Below, one piece after another: positions 52,692-64,000 of a stretch of DNA of 64,000 bases. The first letter of the stretch is position 1, and every line of letters begins with the position of its first letter. Origin of the DNA: Eledone cirrhosa. Lineage: Eukaryota. A program made the position numbers and the translations under genes. Under the pieces are notes generated by a model. The model searched no databases. It was not told the DNA's origin and was given only the letters and a program-made list of their open reading frames with translations. The stretch lies in assembly GCA_964016885.1 (NCBI GenBank), contig OZ024742.1:324632001-324696000 (forward strand), in the 5' to 3' direction.

Positions 52692-52754
<63 letters not shown>

Positions 52755-52907
52755 TTATGCAAGAAATGCTTAGGGTTATCCTGAATGCAGTAATGGTTAA
52801 TTACTACACTAGATAGAGTTGACGTACGGTGAGGGGTTACTCAACGAGTTATGGAAGAATAGTCGGAAAAATTCAGTTTCTGATTCTTCTGTATTCCGGA
52901 GTGTAGA

Positions 52908-53153
52908 TAAAGAATGAATAATAAAAGGTCGATATCATAAAAAGGTAATTTATTCCGAGTGCTTACAAATGTTTGAACAGTAGTTATACAGCCTAATTAA
53001 TAATTATTTGATTGCAGAAACTCATTTTTCAAATGCTGCGACTACCATTTCCTCAGAGCAGAATGTAAATACCCTTGTATTACTTAAAGGAAGTTATTGG
53101 AGAAGATAGAGTAGAAAGGAAGAGAGAAAGGAGGGGAGAGGGAGAGAGGGAGA

Positions 53154-53227
<74 letters not shown>

Positions 53228-53971
53228 TAGGGGTTGGAGAAGTGGGAGAGAGTGGTTTGAAGAATACAGATAGCTTAATCAAAATCCTGTGGTAGAGGTT
53301 TTATTTTACTGTTTATTCTCAAGGTGACAGTCCTTAGGCATCGTGGTGATGTGGTCAAGATTAGGATTATTTATTGCCACAGAGAGCAGGTTCATAGATG
53401 TGGAGAGGGAGTGTGGTAGACCGAGGGCGAGAGAGAAATAGAGATAGAGAGAGAGAGAGGGGGAGAGAGAGGGGGAGAGAGAGAGAGAGAGAAAGAGATA
53501 GAGATAGAGAGGAGACAGACGAAGGCTACGAGATGGGGGATACATCAAGTTCATAGTTGTAGTCTGCAAATCGCACTCAAGAACCCATTTATAATGATAA
53601 GCAGGATATTGACTTGTAGATGGGGGTGAGGGATATAGTTAGGAAGTAGTTATTGAGAGGAATTAGTTAGCGAGAAAGCATGTTGCAGTCTCGGGTTCAA
53701 ATGTTAAGTTATTTTATAGTGAGAGAATTTAGCCTTCAGTTTGTGGTTGCAGTATGACGATCGTTCGATTCTGTTATTTAGTAATTTGTTTTTGGATTTT
53801 AAGATATATATTTCTCGCTAACTAATTCCTCTCAATAACTACTTCCTAACTATATCCCTCACCCCATCTACAAGTCAATACCCTGCTTATCATTATAAAT
53901 GGGTTCTTGAGTGCGATTTGCAGACTACAACTATGAACTCGATGTATCCCCCATCTCGTAGCCTTCGTCTG

Positions 53972-54041
<70 letters not shown>

Positions 54042-54330
54042 TCCCCTCTCTATCTCCTTCTCTCTCTCTCTCTCTATCTCTCTCTCTTCCTTTCTACTCT
54101 ATCTTCTCCAATAACTTCCGTTAAGAAATACAAGGGTATTTACATTTTAACCATTCTGCTCTGAGGAAATGGTAGTCGCAGCATTTGCAAATTAGTTTCT
54201 GCAATAAAATAATTATTAATTATCAATTGCACATAGCATGACTAGGCTGTATAACTACTGTTGAAACATTTATAAGCACTCGGAATAAATTACCTTTTTA
54301 TGATGTCTAGCTGTTATTATTCATTCTTTA
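52908..54330. repeat. large imperfect inverted repeat (arms 52908-53677 and 53811-54330) with a hammerhead-like core in each arm
   Basis: Arms align throughout except for ~220 extra bp in the left arm. CTGAGGA-AATG..CATTT-GAAA at 53027-53056 (-) and a mutated copy at 54161-54190 (+). Confidence 0.88.
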
Positions 54331-54438
54331 TATATATATATAAGCAAAAGGGATATTTAATTTGTTGGTAATTCAACAAATATAAATGTTTATAACTGTT
54401 TTGAAGCACTCGACAAGTTTTCTGGAGTATAATATTCT

Positions 54439-54709
54439 ATGATATTAAATAAATAAATGGAAACTATATTTATAAAACCATATTTATTCTATTATAACCA
54501 GGAAGAAGAACTTAACGGTTCAAGTTTTTCCTGACAATTCAGGAAAAACTTGAACCGTTAAGTTCTTCTTCCTGGTTATGTCAATATTTATAAAACAAAC
54601 TTTGTATTTTATCTGATGAGAGCGTACCAAAGTTTTGGTACCTTTAAAATATATATAATAGAATAAATATGGTTTTATAAATATAGTTTCCCATTTATTT
54701 ATTTAATAT

Positions 54710-54712
<3 letters not shown>
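54439..54712 (+). mobile_element. nested fold-back mini-element with a hammerhead motif (54603-54666)
   Basis: Perfect 41-bp-arm palindrome at 54494-54579. Stem I TATTTTAT/ATAGAATA around CTGATGA..TAAA (G12 mutated). Tail 54654-54712 is inverted at 54439-54496. Confidence 0.8.
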
Positions 54713-54804
<92 letters not shown>

Positions 54805-54871
54805 TTACTCTACTAGGAGCTAATAATAATATAGACATCTACTTGTGTATGTATGAACACACACACACACG

Positions 54872-54907
<36 letters not shown>

Positions 54908-55577
54908 AACCACAGTCAAAGAAGGCACTCAATACGTTAGTAGAGTTTGGATATATTCTTTTATTTGTGATTTCTGTCGAATGAAAGGGATCTAGTCCTA
55001 GAGAAGTCATTTCTATAATAAAATGTATATATATATTTATAGAGAGAGAAAAGGTGAAATTGGAAATAGCACGGAAAATATATTTACGGGTCTGTTTTTC
55101 TTTTTTTCCCCGTCTTTGATTCATCAAAGTGACATTATTGAAAAAAATGAGAGGGACAATTCTTTTAAAAAAGAATTTTATAATGTATATAAAGTATATA
55201 AAGTATTGCCTGTTTCGATATATTAGTAAAATCCATCTTATCTGTTGAGTATTACAATTAAAAAGAATTAATAAAACTAAAAATTAAAGATTTAAAATTA
55301 AGTGTTGAGGCAAGTTTTTTTCATTTTCCTTGTTTAGAAGGAGACGGGAAAATTGTCTTTATGTTTGTGTTTCTCTTACATTTTCTAAACAATATTTATT
55401 AGTAACTACACAGTGCCTTTGCCACTTTTAATTCTCTCTCTCACACACACACACACACATATATATATACAGATAGATAGATAGCAGCATGGATGGACCT
55501 TTTATTTTGTTCTAAATATATTTTTGCCAATTCCGCCCTGCCCATCCCCACAATCTTTCTAATTTCTCATTCTTTAT

Positions 55578-55610
55578 TTGACGAAGAAGTAGCGTCCGAA
55601 ACGTTAAATC
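55578..55610 (+). ncRNA. degenerate minimal hammerhead motif
   Basis: TTGACGA-AGA..TCC-GAAACGTT with ACGT palindromic stem III. Confidence 0.45.
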
Positions 55611-55754
55611 CCCCTTCCTGCTATTTCAAGCATTAAACTAATATATTCCTTCAATATGCTGCACTGATTGTGTTGTTCTGGTTACTTTATACATATATAC
55701 ATACATACATACAAACATACATATATATATACATACATACATATATACATACAT

Positions 55755-55793
<39 letters not shown>

Positions 55794-56022
55794 AAAGTGA
55801 CAAAGGCGCTGTGTGGTTACTAATAAATATTGTTTAGAAAACGTAAGAGAAACACGGCGGGAATTGTCCTTATGTTTGTCTTTCTATTACGTTTTCTAAA
55901 CAATATTTATTTGCCCCCCCCCCCCCCCCCCCCACACACACACACATACACCCACACCCACACCCACACCCACACACACATACACCCACACACACACACA
56001 CATACACACACACACACACAAG

Positions 56023-56056
<34 letters not shown>

Positions 56057-56502
56057 CATAACAATTTAAAGCATTTTAAAACTGACAGCTGTTTCTATCT
56101 CGTGTCATTTAAATTTCAATGTAACCCCAACTGCATTGAGCTATAGATCAACCTGTTAATCCGTATAGCATTAATATTACAACTATAATATTAATACTAA
56201 TATCATATATATATTAATACATTGTTATGCTTTGAGAGGGTTAGGGTGCCCCCCCCCCCCCCAAAAAAAAAAATTAAATTAACAAAAAACACACGCACCT
56301 GTTGGGTTTCACTTCAATTTATTATAATCATTTCTCAGTCGGTTAATTTAAAAAACAGGATGGTTGTTTTAATTACTGATTGTCATCAAAAATCCTTTCA
56401 AGACACATTCTGTGAATATATACGAGATTTAAAACGAAGACAGATACAATTACACGATATCATATTAGTTTTACCTCTGTTGCATATATATATATATTTA
56501 TA

Positions 56503-56914
56503 CAGTGGCGGACTGACGAGGTTACCAGGTTGCCCAATGGCAGTGGGCTCCAGGGGGCCCACGATGGCATTGCAGGGCCCACTGTAGTATTTTAGGGGCC
56601 AATGCTTTTCTGTCAAAAAATACCTGAAATCTAAGAGAAAGAATAACATTAAAAAAAATATAAATAAAACAATTAAGCAAAGTATTTGGTCAACCAATTC
56701 CCGAGGGAATTAATAGAAACCAAAATATACGATAGCTGGAATAGGTGGTTGTACATTCTACTAAATCTAAAGCTTAGTGTATTCAAACATACATATATAG
56801 ACACGGACACGCAAACATACACATATATATTTATATACTTACACACGAACTACTAACCAAATAATATTTGGTATCAATGGGTTAAAGACATCTGTCAAAT
56901 GGTGGCGAAGGTGG

Positions 56915-56945
<31 letters not shown>

Positions 56946-57472
56946 GTATGTATACGTACATACATATATGTATACAGACGTACAGTAGTATGTAAATATA
57001 TATATATATATATATATACATACTACTGTACGTCTGTATACATATATGTATGTACGTATACATACTTATATTTAAGTAACAGCCGTACTAAGAGTGAGAA
57101 ATGAAATTTCGTTTCTATTTTTCGGTTTATACATATATATATATAATATACATATATATATATATGTAGATAGACAGATAGATAGACACACACACACACA
57201 TACACACACACACACACACATTCACATATATATTGAGTGAGTGTGAAAGACCAAAGGTTATTATTGAAAACACTGGATTTCGCAAAATACATAATATTTT
57301 TTATTGGAGAAGGTAAGATATTTTTCTCCCAAAATTTGATTGCACTGTTTTGGTTTCACATATATTTTTCGAAAATGTTATTTATTCAATATAAAAATTA
57401 AATGATAGCATTCTACATGTAGGTGGGCCCCTTCATCTGGCAACCAATATTTTTAGATCTAGTCCGCCACTG
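56503..57472. mobile_element. hAT-like non-autonomous DNA transposon; right end duplicated at 58170-58368
   Basis: TIR CAGTGGCGGACT / AGTCCGCCACTG, subterminal GGGCCC motifs, TA-repeat flanks. Contains a nested copy of the 26.6-kb repeat. Confidence 0.75.
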
Positions 57473-57717
57473 TGTATATATATATAATGCCAATCATAGG
57501 TAAGTTTGAATCTAACTGACATGCAAAAACATATATATAGGTATAAGGTAAGCCCAAATCATAGTAGAATCAAATATCACAGAGAGAAATACAGAGAGAG
57601 AGGGGGGAGTGGGGAAAGAGGTGGAACAGAAATGAACCATGGATTGCAGGTTAAAATGTAGTCTAGATAGATGAGAAACAAAACGAGGATGTAGTTTATG
57701 GAACACCGAAGTGCTTT

Positions 57718-58164
57718 AGAAGTCAACCATAAGTAGGAGCAATAACATTAAGAAAGACACCACATCATTTTGTTTTGAAAATCTTGATGAAGGTTTATAA
57801 GTATGAATTTTGATGAGATTATCGTAGTTGTCTCAATGGCTTAGTGGTAGGTGCTAGAGATGGTGGAGATCCTGCCCTTGGGTTCAATCCTGGTCAAGAG
57901 GTGCATGTAAGCTTTTTCAGTTTTAATTTTACAACCAATAGAAAAAGACTGAAAAGGTTTATCGGGAACCCTACTCCCGATCAGGATCGAACTGCAGGCC
58001 AAGATCACCACCGTCTATGGTTCCTCCAACTAGGCCACCGAGATAACTACGCAATTATAATGAAAATTGATAATTATAAACCTACTTTCAAAATCAAAGT
58101 TGAAAAGATGTGGTATCGTTCATGGCTTTCCTAGAGGTATAAGTAATATTTAGGTTCGACTTCT
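57718..58164. mobile_element. fold-back element with a tRNA-like Pol III unit in each arm
   Basis: Plus: TGGCTTAGTGG..GGTTCAATCC..TTTTT. Minus: TGGCCTAGTTGG..AGTTCGATCC..TTTT. Arms align over ~200 bp. Confidence 0.7.
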
Positions 58165-58381
58165 GGTCATTATTGAAAGTCTCTGGTTTTCGCAAAATTC
58201 ATAATATTTTTTATTGGAGAAGGTAAGATATTTTCCCGCAAAAATTTGATTGCACTGTTTAGTTTCTACTTATGTATTGTTCGAAAATGTTATTTATTCA
58301 CTATAAAAATTAAATTATAGCATTCTATATGTAGGTGGGCCCCCTTCATCATATTCAGTCCGCCACTGTATATACATATAT

Positions 58382-58450
<69 letters not shown>

Positions 58451-58461
58451 TATATATATGT

Positions 58462-58498
<37 letters not shown>

Positions 58499-58529
58499 GA
58501 AGTGGTTACATAACAGTTAGTTCACCATA

Positions 58530-58569
58530 CCGAGAACAATTGTTTCACCTTAGCGGATCCTCAGCTCGG
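58530..58569 (-). ncRNA. minimal type I hammerhead motif
   Basis: CCGAG-CTGAGGA-TCC(GCTAA)GGT-GAAA-CAATTG-TT^CTCGG, in an ~80-bp island between (TA)n runs. Confidence 0.75.
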
Positions 58570-58575
58570 AATGGG

Positions 58576-58611
<36 letters not shown>

Positions 58612-58800
58612 GGAGGTGAGTTTTATTGTAGTACAATAAAGCAATGCAGATATCGGATAAGAAGCACTCTACAGTTTGTAGGACTGGAGTATACATAATA
58701 TAAGATCAAAAGATGGTTAAAGGAGTTCCATGTATTTTATTATGCGCTTAAAACTGCACTATCCACAAGTGTTTTTTAGCCTTCATATCATGTTCTCCTG

Positions 58801-58867
58801 TTTTATCTGATGAAAACACAAATATTATTGCATGATGATGTTTGTTTTTGAAATGCGCATAATAAAA
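58801..58867 (+). ncRNA. type I hammerhead ribozyme motif
   Basis: TTTTAT-CTGATGA-long stem II-GAAA-TGCGCA-TA^ATAAAA. Tail 58855-58907 is inverted at 58695-58747. Confidence 0.82.
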
Positions 58868-58927
58868 TACATGGAACTCCTTTAACCATCTTTTGATCTT
58901 ATATTATATATATATATATATATATAG

Positions 58928-59061
58928 GTGGCACAAGACCAGCAAATACCCAATGCATTACTGGTACTTTATTTTATCGACCCCGTAAGGATACAAGGCA
59001 AAGTTAACCTCTGCGGGATTTGAACTCAGAATGGCAAGGGCCGTAACTCTATGCGTCAAAG

Positions 59062-59062
<1 letters not shown>
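58928..59062 (-). mobile_element. Nin/Deu-like tRNA SINE fragment
   Basis: Core plus B-box, between (TA)n runs. Confidence 0.8.
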
Positions 59063-59091
<29 letters not shown>

Positions 59092-59092
<1 letters not shown>

Positions 59093-62000
59093 CGCCCAAG
59101 CCATCCTCTCCTTCATCCCAAACCTCAACCACAACCTCTTCTCCTTCCTCAGCTCCACCAAAGCCCGCAAGCTACACTCACTCCTCCCAACCACCCCCAT
59201 CCACCACCACCCGCCCATCCCCATGAGCCCACCACTCTCCACCCCTCCCTCGACCAACACCCCTACCCAATCTCCACCCCCACCTCACCCTTCACCACAC
59301 CCTCCCTTCCCCCCACACACCCAAACCCCACCGCTTGTTGTCACCATACACTCTGACCTCCCCTTCTCCGCACCTGAGCGCTCACTCCTTAGTAGAGGCC
59401 TTCGCTTCATACCCCACACTCCGCACAGCGACGAGTTCCGCACCCGAACGGAAGTCGAGCGATTCGTGCGACGCACGAAGCTACAGGCACATTTCGGCCG
59501 AACGCCACCGGCTCCGGACGCCCCAGACCCGTTTCTCGCCCTGGGCCGACGACCATCTTCTTGGACGCCGGCCCCAGGGCAATTTAGCACCCTGGACGCG
59601 TTCGTCGATGCCAGCCGTAGCGCCGTAAATCGTTTCGACTTCCGCCACCGTTCCAAACGGAATAATATCTCAGGAAGCGAACTCCTCGCTCTGCGCTCCC
59701 TCCGTAGCCGAGATGACATCGTCATCAAACCGGCGGACAAGGGAGGCGCCGTGGTGGTGTGGCGCGCGGACCTCTACACGGCCGAAGCCCTCAGGCAGCT
59801 CTGTAACCCCCTCTTCTACCGTCCTCTACCCTCCGATCCCACACCCCTCTACCAACAACAAGTTTCCTCCACCATCCAACACCTTGTCTCCTCCTCCCTC
59901 CTCCCCCCACCGCTTCCCACCTCATCGTCCGCACCCTCCGCACTCCCACAATCTACTTCCTCCCCAAACTCCACAAACCCGACAACCCCGGCCGCCCCAT
60001 CGTCTCCGCTTGCAACTTCCCCACCGAACTCATCTCTGCCTTTCTCGACTCCATCCTCGACCCCCTTGTCACCACCCTCCCCTCCTACATCTCCGACACC
60101 AACCACGCCCTGCGCCTTTTCGACTCCTTCACCTACCGACCCGGCCCACAGCCCTTCCTCTTCACCCTAGACATCAAGTCCCTCTATACCGTCATCCCCC
60201 ACGCCGACGGCCTACGCGTCCTCAAACACTACTTCGACCTTCGCCCCTCCACCATTCCCTCCACCCCCACCCTCCTTCGCCTCGCCGAGCTGGTCCTCAC
60301 CCTCAATTGTTTCTCCTTCTCGGGTGAGTTTTACCAACAGGTCACGGGGGTAGCCATGGGTACAAGAATAGGCCCGACTATGCCAACGTTTTTGTTGGCC
60401 ATGTTGAGACCCAAATCTTTGCCCAGTACCCCGGCCCCACGCCCGCCGAACTGTACGGTCGTTACATCGACGACTGTATCGGAGCCACGACCCTCACCCG
60501 AGAACAGCTCGACTCCTTTCTCTCCTTCTTCTGCTCCTTCCACCCCTCCCTCCACTTCACCACCTCTATATCCACCACCCACGTCCACTTCTTAGACATC
60601 CCCGCGCCTTCGACCCTTCCCACCACTCCCTCGTCACCTCCGCCTTCTTCAAACCCACCGACTCCCACTCTTACCTCGAATTCACCTCTTCCCACCCCAC
60701 ACACACTAAACACTCTATTCCCTACTCCCAACTCCTCAGGATCCGCCGCCTCTGTAGCCGAGATACTGACTTCGTGTCCCAGGCCCTTTCCCTAGTCAGC
60801 CATTTCATCCGCAGAGGTTACCCCCCCCCCCTCTCGTCCACACCGCTCTCACCCGCGCCCGTGCTGTCCATCGCTCCACTACCCTCACCCCACGCCACCG
60901 CACAACCACACACCGCCTCCCCTTCCCCATTACCTACCACCCCTCCACCTTACCGCTCGACCGCACCATCCTCCGCCTCTTCCGACGCCTCCAGTCCGAC
61001 CCCTCCACATTCCACATCTTCCCAGCCCCACCACTCCTCTCGTTCAAACAAGCACGCAATCTCCGCACCCTCCTCGCCCACAGCTCCCTACCCCCAACCC
61101 ACGCTCTTCCCCCCCCCCCCGGTTCCTTTCCCTGTTCTAGGCCCCGCTGCAACACCTGTCCCATCATCACCAACACCACCACCTTCCAGGGTCCCAACGT
61201 CCACTCTCTCTCTGTCCGGCATGCCTTCCGCTGCACCTCCTCCAACCTAGTCTACGGAATTCGACTTACGTCGGACAGACGTCGGACAGACGTCGCCTGG
61301 CGGACAGATTCACTGAGCACCTCGGGGATATTCGTCTCGGTGGTAGTTCCCCCATCGCCCGCCACTTTGGTGCCCCTGGACATTCCGCACGCCATCTCAC
61401 AGTCTGTGGCCTACTCCAATGCCACGGAACACCCGCCAATCTCCTCAGAGTTGAACAAAGAACCATCTTCATCTTACAGACCCACACTCACCCCCGCCTG
61501 AACTCCCCACCCTTATTCCTTTAGCCTTCGACCGCCCCCATCCCCCCACACATATCCCCGACTAACACCACTAACGCACCCCTCCTTTTCACCGCCCACC
61601 CCACAACTAACAATACTAACACCTCCACTCCACCCCTCATCCGACCACCCTTCCCCAACTAACATACTAACATCCCTACCTTCTTCTCCTCCCCCCTCCT
61701 TATCACACGCACACACCCACCCGCACATATATACACGCGTTCACACTAAACACACACCCTACTACCACCACTAACCCTCACCCCCACACATCCATCCCAA
61801 CACCCCGCAACTAACATCACTAACACCCCCTGACCCCAAGCACACGAACACACGCACCCACTTACACCACCCACCCCACACGCAACTAACATCACTAACA
61901 CCCCCCAACCCCACGCACACGTACCCACACACCCTCATACACCACCAACTCTACACACCCTACCACCACTAACCCCCACTCACACCTGCATTCAACCCTT

Positions 62001-63092
62001 TCTCCACCTCCCGTATACTAACACCCACTAACACCCACTAACACCCCCTTAATCAAACTACACACACACCAGTACACCACACTCTCTCCATCGACCCCCA
62101 CACCCTTCTCTCCCCGCTCCACCCACACCCTTTCTCCACACTCACTCATCCCACTAACACCTCTACTAATACACACACACACCCTCCTCACTCCAACTTT
62201 CACACCTACCCATCCTCGCCCCTTTACCATTCCACCCGACTGCTGCTATGCCCTCTGACCACCTCCCAGCACACACAGACACACAGCACTCCCACCGCCT
62301 TGACCACTTCCTGTTCCGCGCGCACCCCACATCTCTCCTCTTCCGACCATCTCTCCATGGATTACTCGTATGTGGAGCTTGACCGCGGAATCAACTACCA
62401 TCCTAGGAGTTTACCAACCTTTCAACCACATCTTCTTACGGAATCACCTTTATAACTCACCTACACACACACCCCAAACAAATTTTTTTTCCCGCACGCC
62501 ACCTACAGCCACAACACGCTTAAACCCCACACACACGTGCTTTCCACCACATATTTACACCTTCAGCCTCCGGATTCCTCTCCCCCCACCCCTCTATCCA
62601 CACACGCACACACACTCCGACCTACACCCCACCCCACACACACCTCTTCCTGAACATGCAACCCCGTTCTTCCCCCAACCCTTGCTTTCACATACACACA
62701 CACACACACACACACGTACACCTACACACACACACCACCTTCAGCCCTCCCCGCTCGGACACCCCGTCTCCCTCTCCCCACTCCACCCGCCACCACCCCT
62801 ACACACCCACACCCATCCATCACCTGTTTTACCCCATTTTAATTTTATTTTATTTTGATCATGCTTTTATTTTTAATTTCATTCGCACCGTTTCCTCCCA
62901 CCCCCTTTTCGCTATATGTCTCTCCACCACTCCCCTACACACCCTTTGAACTCTCTTCCCACACACTTTTCACCTGAAGAAGGGCTTATGCCCGAAACGT
63001 CGTTCCCCACCACCACCCCACTCTCCAGAGCGTGAAATTAATAAACATTCGTTGTACTGCCTCTCTGTTTTGTTCCTGTTCAAATTTTCCAT
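59092..63092 (+). mobile_element. Neptune-type Penelope-like element (RT plus GIY-YIG, frameshifted; ~1.5-kb 3'UTR; hammerhead at 62974-63001)
   Basis: LLSRGLRFIP, IVIKPADKGGAVVVW, PGRPIVSAC, LDIKSLYT, GVAMGT, RYIDD, CSRPRCNTC, damaged VY..YVG. CTGAAGA-AGGGC(TTAT)GCCC-GAAACGTC. (TA)n on both sides. Confidence 0.94.
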
Positions 63093-63109
63093 TATATATA
63101 TATATATAA

Positions 63110-63594
63110 TCAAAAGCAAAAGACAACCGAAACCACTGAAAACATTACTCACCAATGCCAAATTACCTACCACAAACCCACAACCAACTGTCAAAAAATG
63201 TGGTCGCTCTAATTGTGGAACCTGCACTCACCCCATTGAAGGCAACACGTATACATTTAAATCAGGACAAAATTTTGCTGTAAAAAATCATTTCACTTGT
63301 TCATCAAAAAATCTAATTTATGCCATTAAATGTAAAGGATGTAATGAAGATTATATAGGACAAACTAAACTCACACTCAGAAACAGAATGACAGTTCATC
63401 GCCAACAATTACGAGATCCAACCACGAGACAGATACCACTAAGCGCATATCTAGACATATGCGCAAGTAATAAGACACCCAAATTCCAAGTCTTCCCATT
63501 TTACTTTTGCGCTGACAATACAACAGAACAAATACGAATAAATAAGGAAAATATGTTTATTCAAAAATATAGACCAGCATTAAATATGGTTTAA
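63110..63594 (+). mobile_element. GIY-YIG endonuclease end of a different, AT-rich Neptune-type PLE
   Basis: CGRSNCGTC..FTCSSKNLIYAIKCKGC..YIGQT..LRNRMTVH..E..FI..Y.PALN. Starts at (TA)n. Confidence 0.88.
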
Positions 63595-64000
63595 TATACA
63601 TTATGTCAACACATACACACACACATAACACCTGCTACTTTAGAAAATAAAAACCCGAACTAAATAAACGTTTGCGCTGACAATACAACAGAACAAATAC
63701 GAATAAGGAAAATATGTTAATTCAAAAATATTCCTACTAACGGAATCATTTTCCTACACACACACACACACACACTATATATATTCTCTTCATCTTAACA
63801 TGCTAACCATACTCCACACACACGTAACACCCACCCCCACACACACACACAATTCCCTCCCCCATTTCTACTAATAGAATCACTTTCCTACACTTTCCTA
63901 CACACACAACATATATATATTCTCTCCATCTTAACATACTCCCACACACACATAACACCCATACACACACACACACAACTCCCTTCCCCATTTCTATTAA

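Noticed and set aside
57831-57900. Functional tRNA gene
   Set aside because: A and B boxes are present, but there is no convincing acceptor or anticodon stem; it is part of a fold-back repeat.

Overview
AT-rich, microsatellite-dense eukaryotic DNA. The SINE types and (TA)n/(TAA)n/(TATC)n landscape suggest an octopus-like cephalopod (inference). Almost everything recognisable is mobile DNA, sorted by microsatellite. (i) A head-to-tail stack of R4/Dong-type RLE LINEs lies in (TAA)n at 14.1-22.5 kb. (ii) There are several Tx1-like LINEs, two of them stacked in (TATC)n. (iii) Penelope-like elements (PLEs) of Neptune and Naiad type sit in (TA)n. (iv) Also present are about a dozen copies of one tRNA-derived SINE, a non-autonomous Helitron, Tc1/mariner-like and hAT-like MITEs, and a 4-kb 15-bp minisatellite. 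The ORF track does not show about a dozen minimal type-I hammerhead ribozyme motifs from many unrelated short repeat families. These include a tandem pair 430 nt apart with a pairing-preserving stem-I change (retrozyme-like). Several are preceded by an inverted copy of their own downstream tail. A 450-bp fold-back element with two convergent tRNA-like Pol III units is also notable. Only two weak host-exon candidates were seen. All calls are by eye, without database searches.
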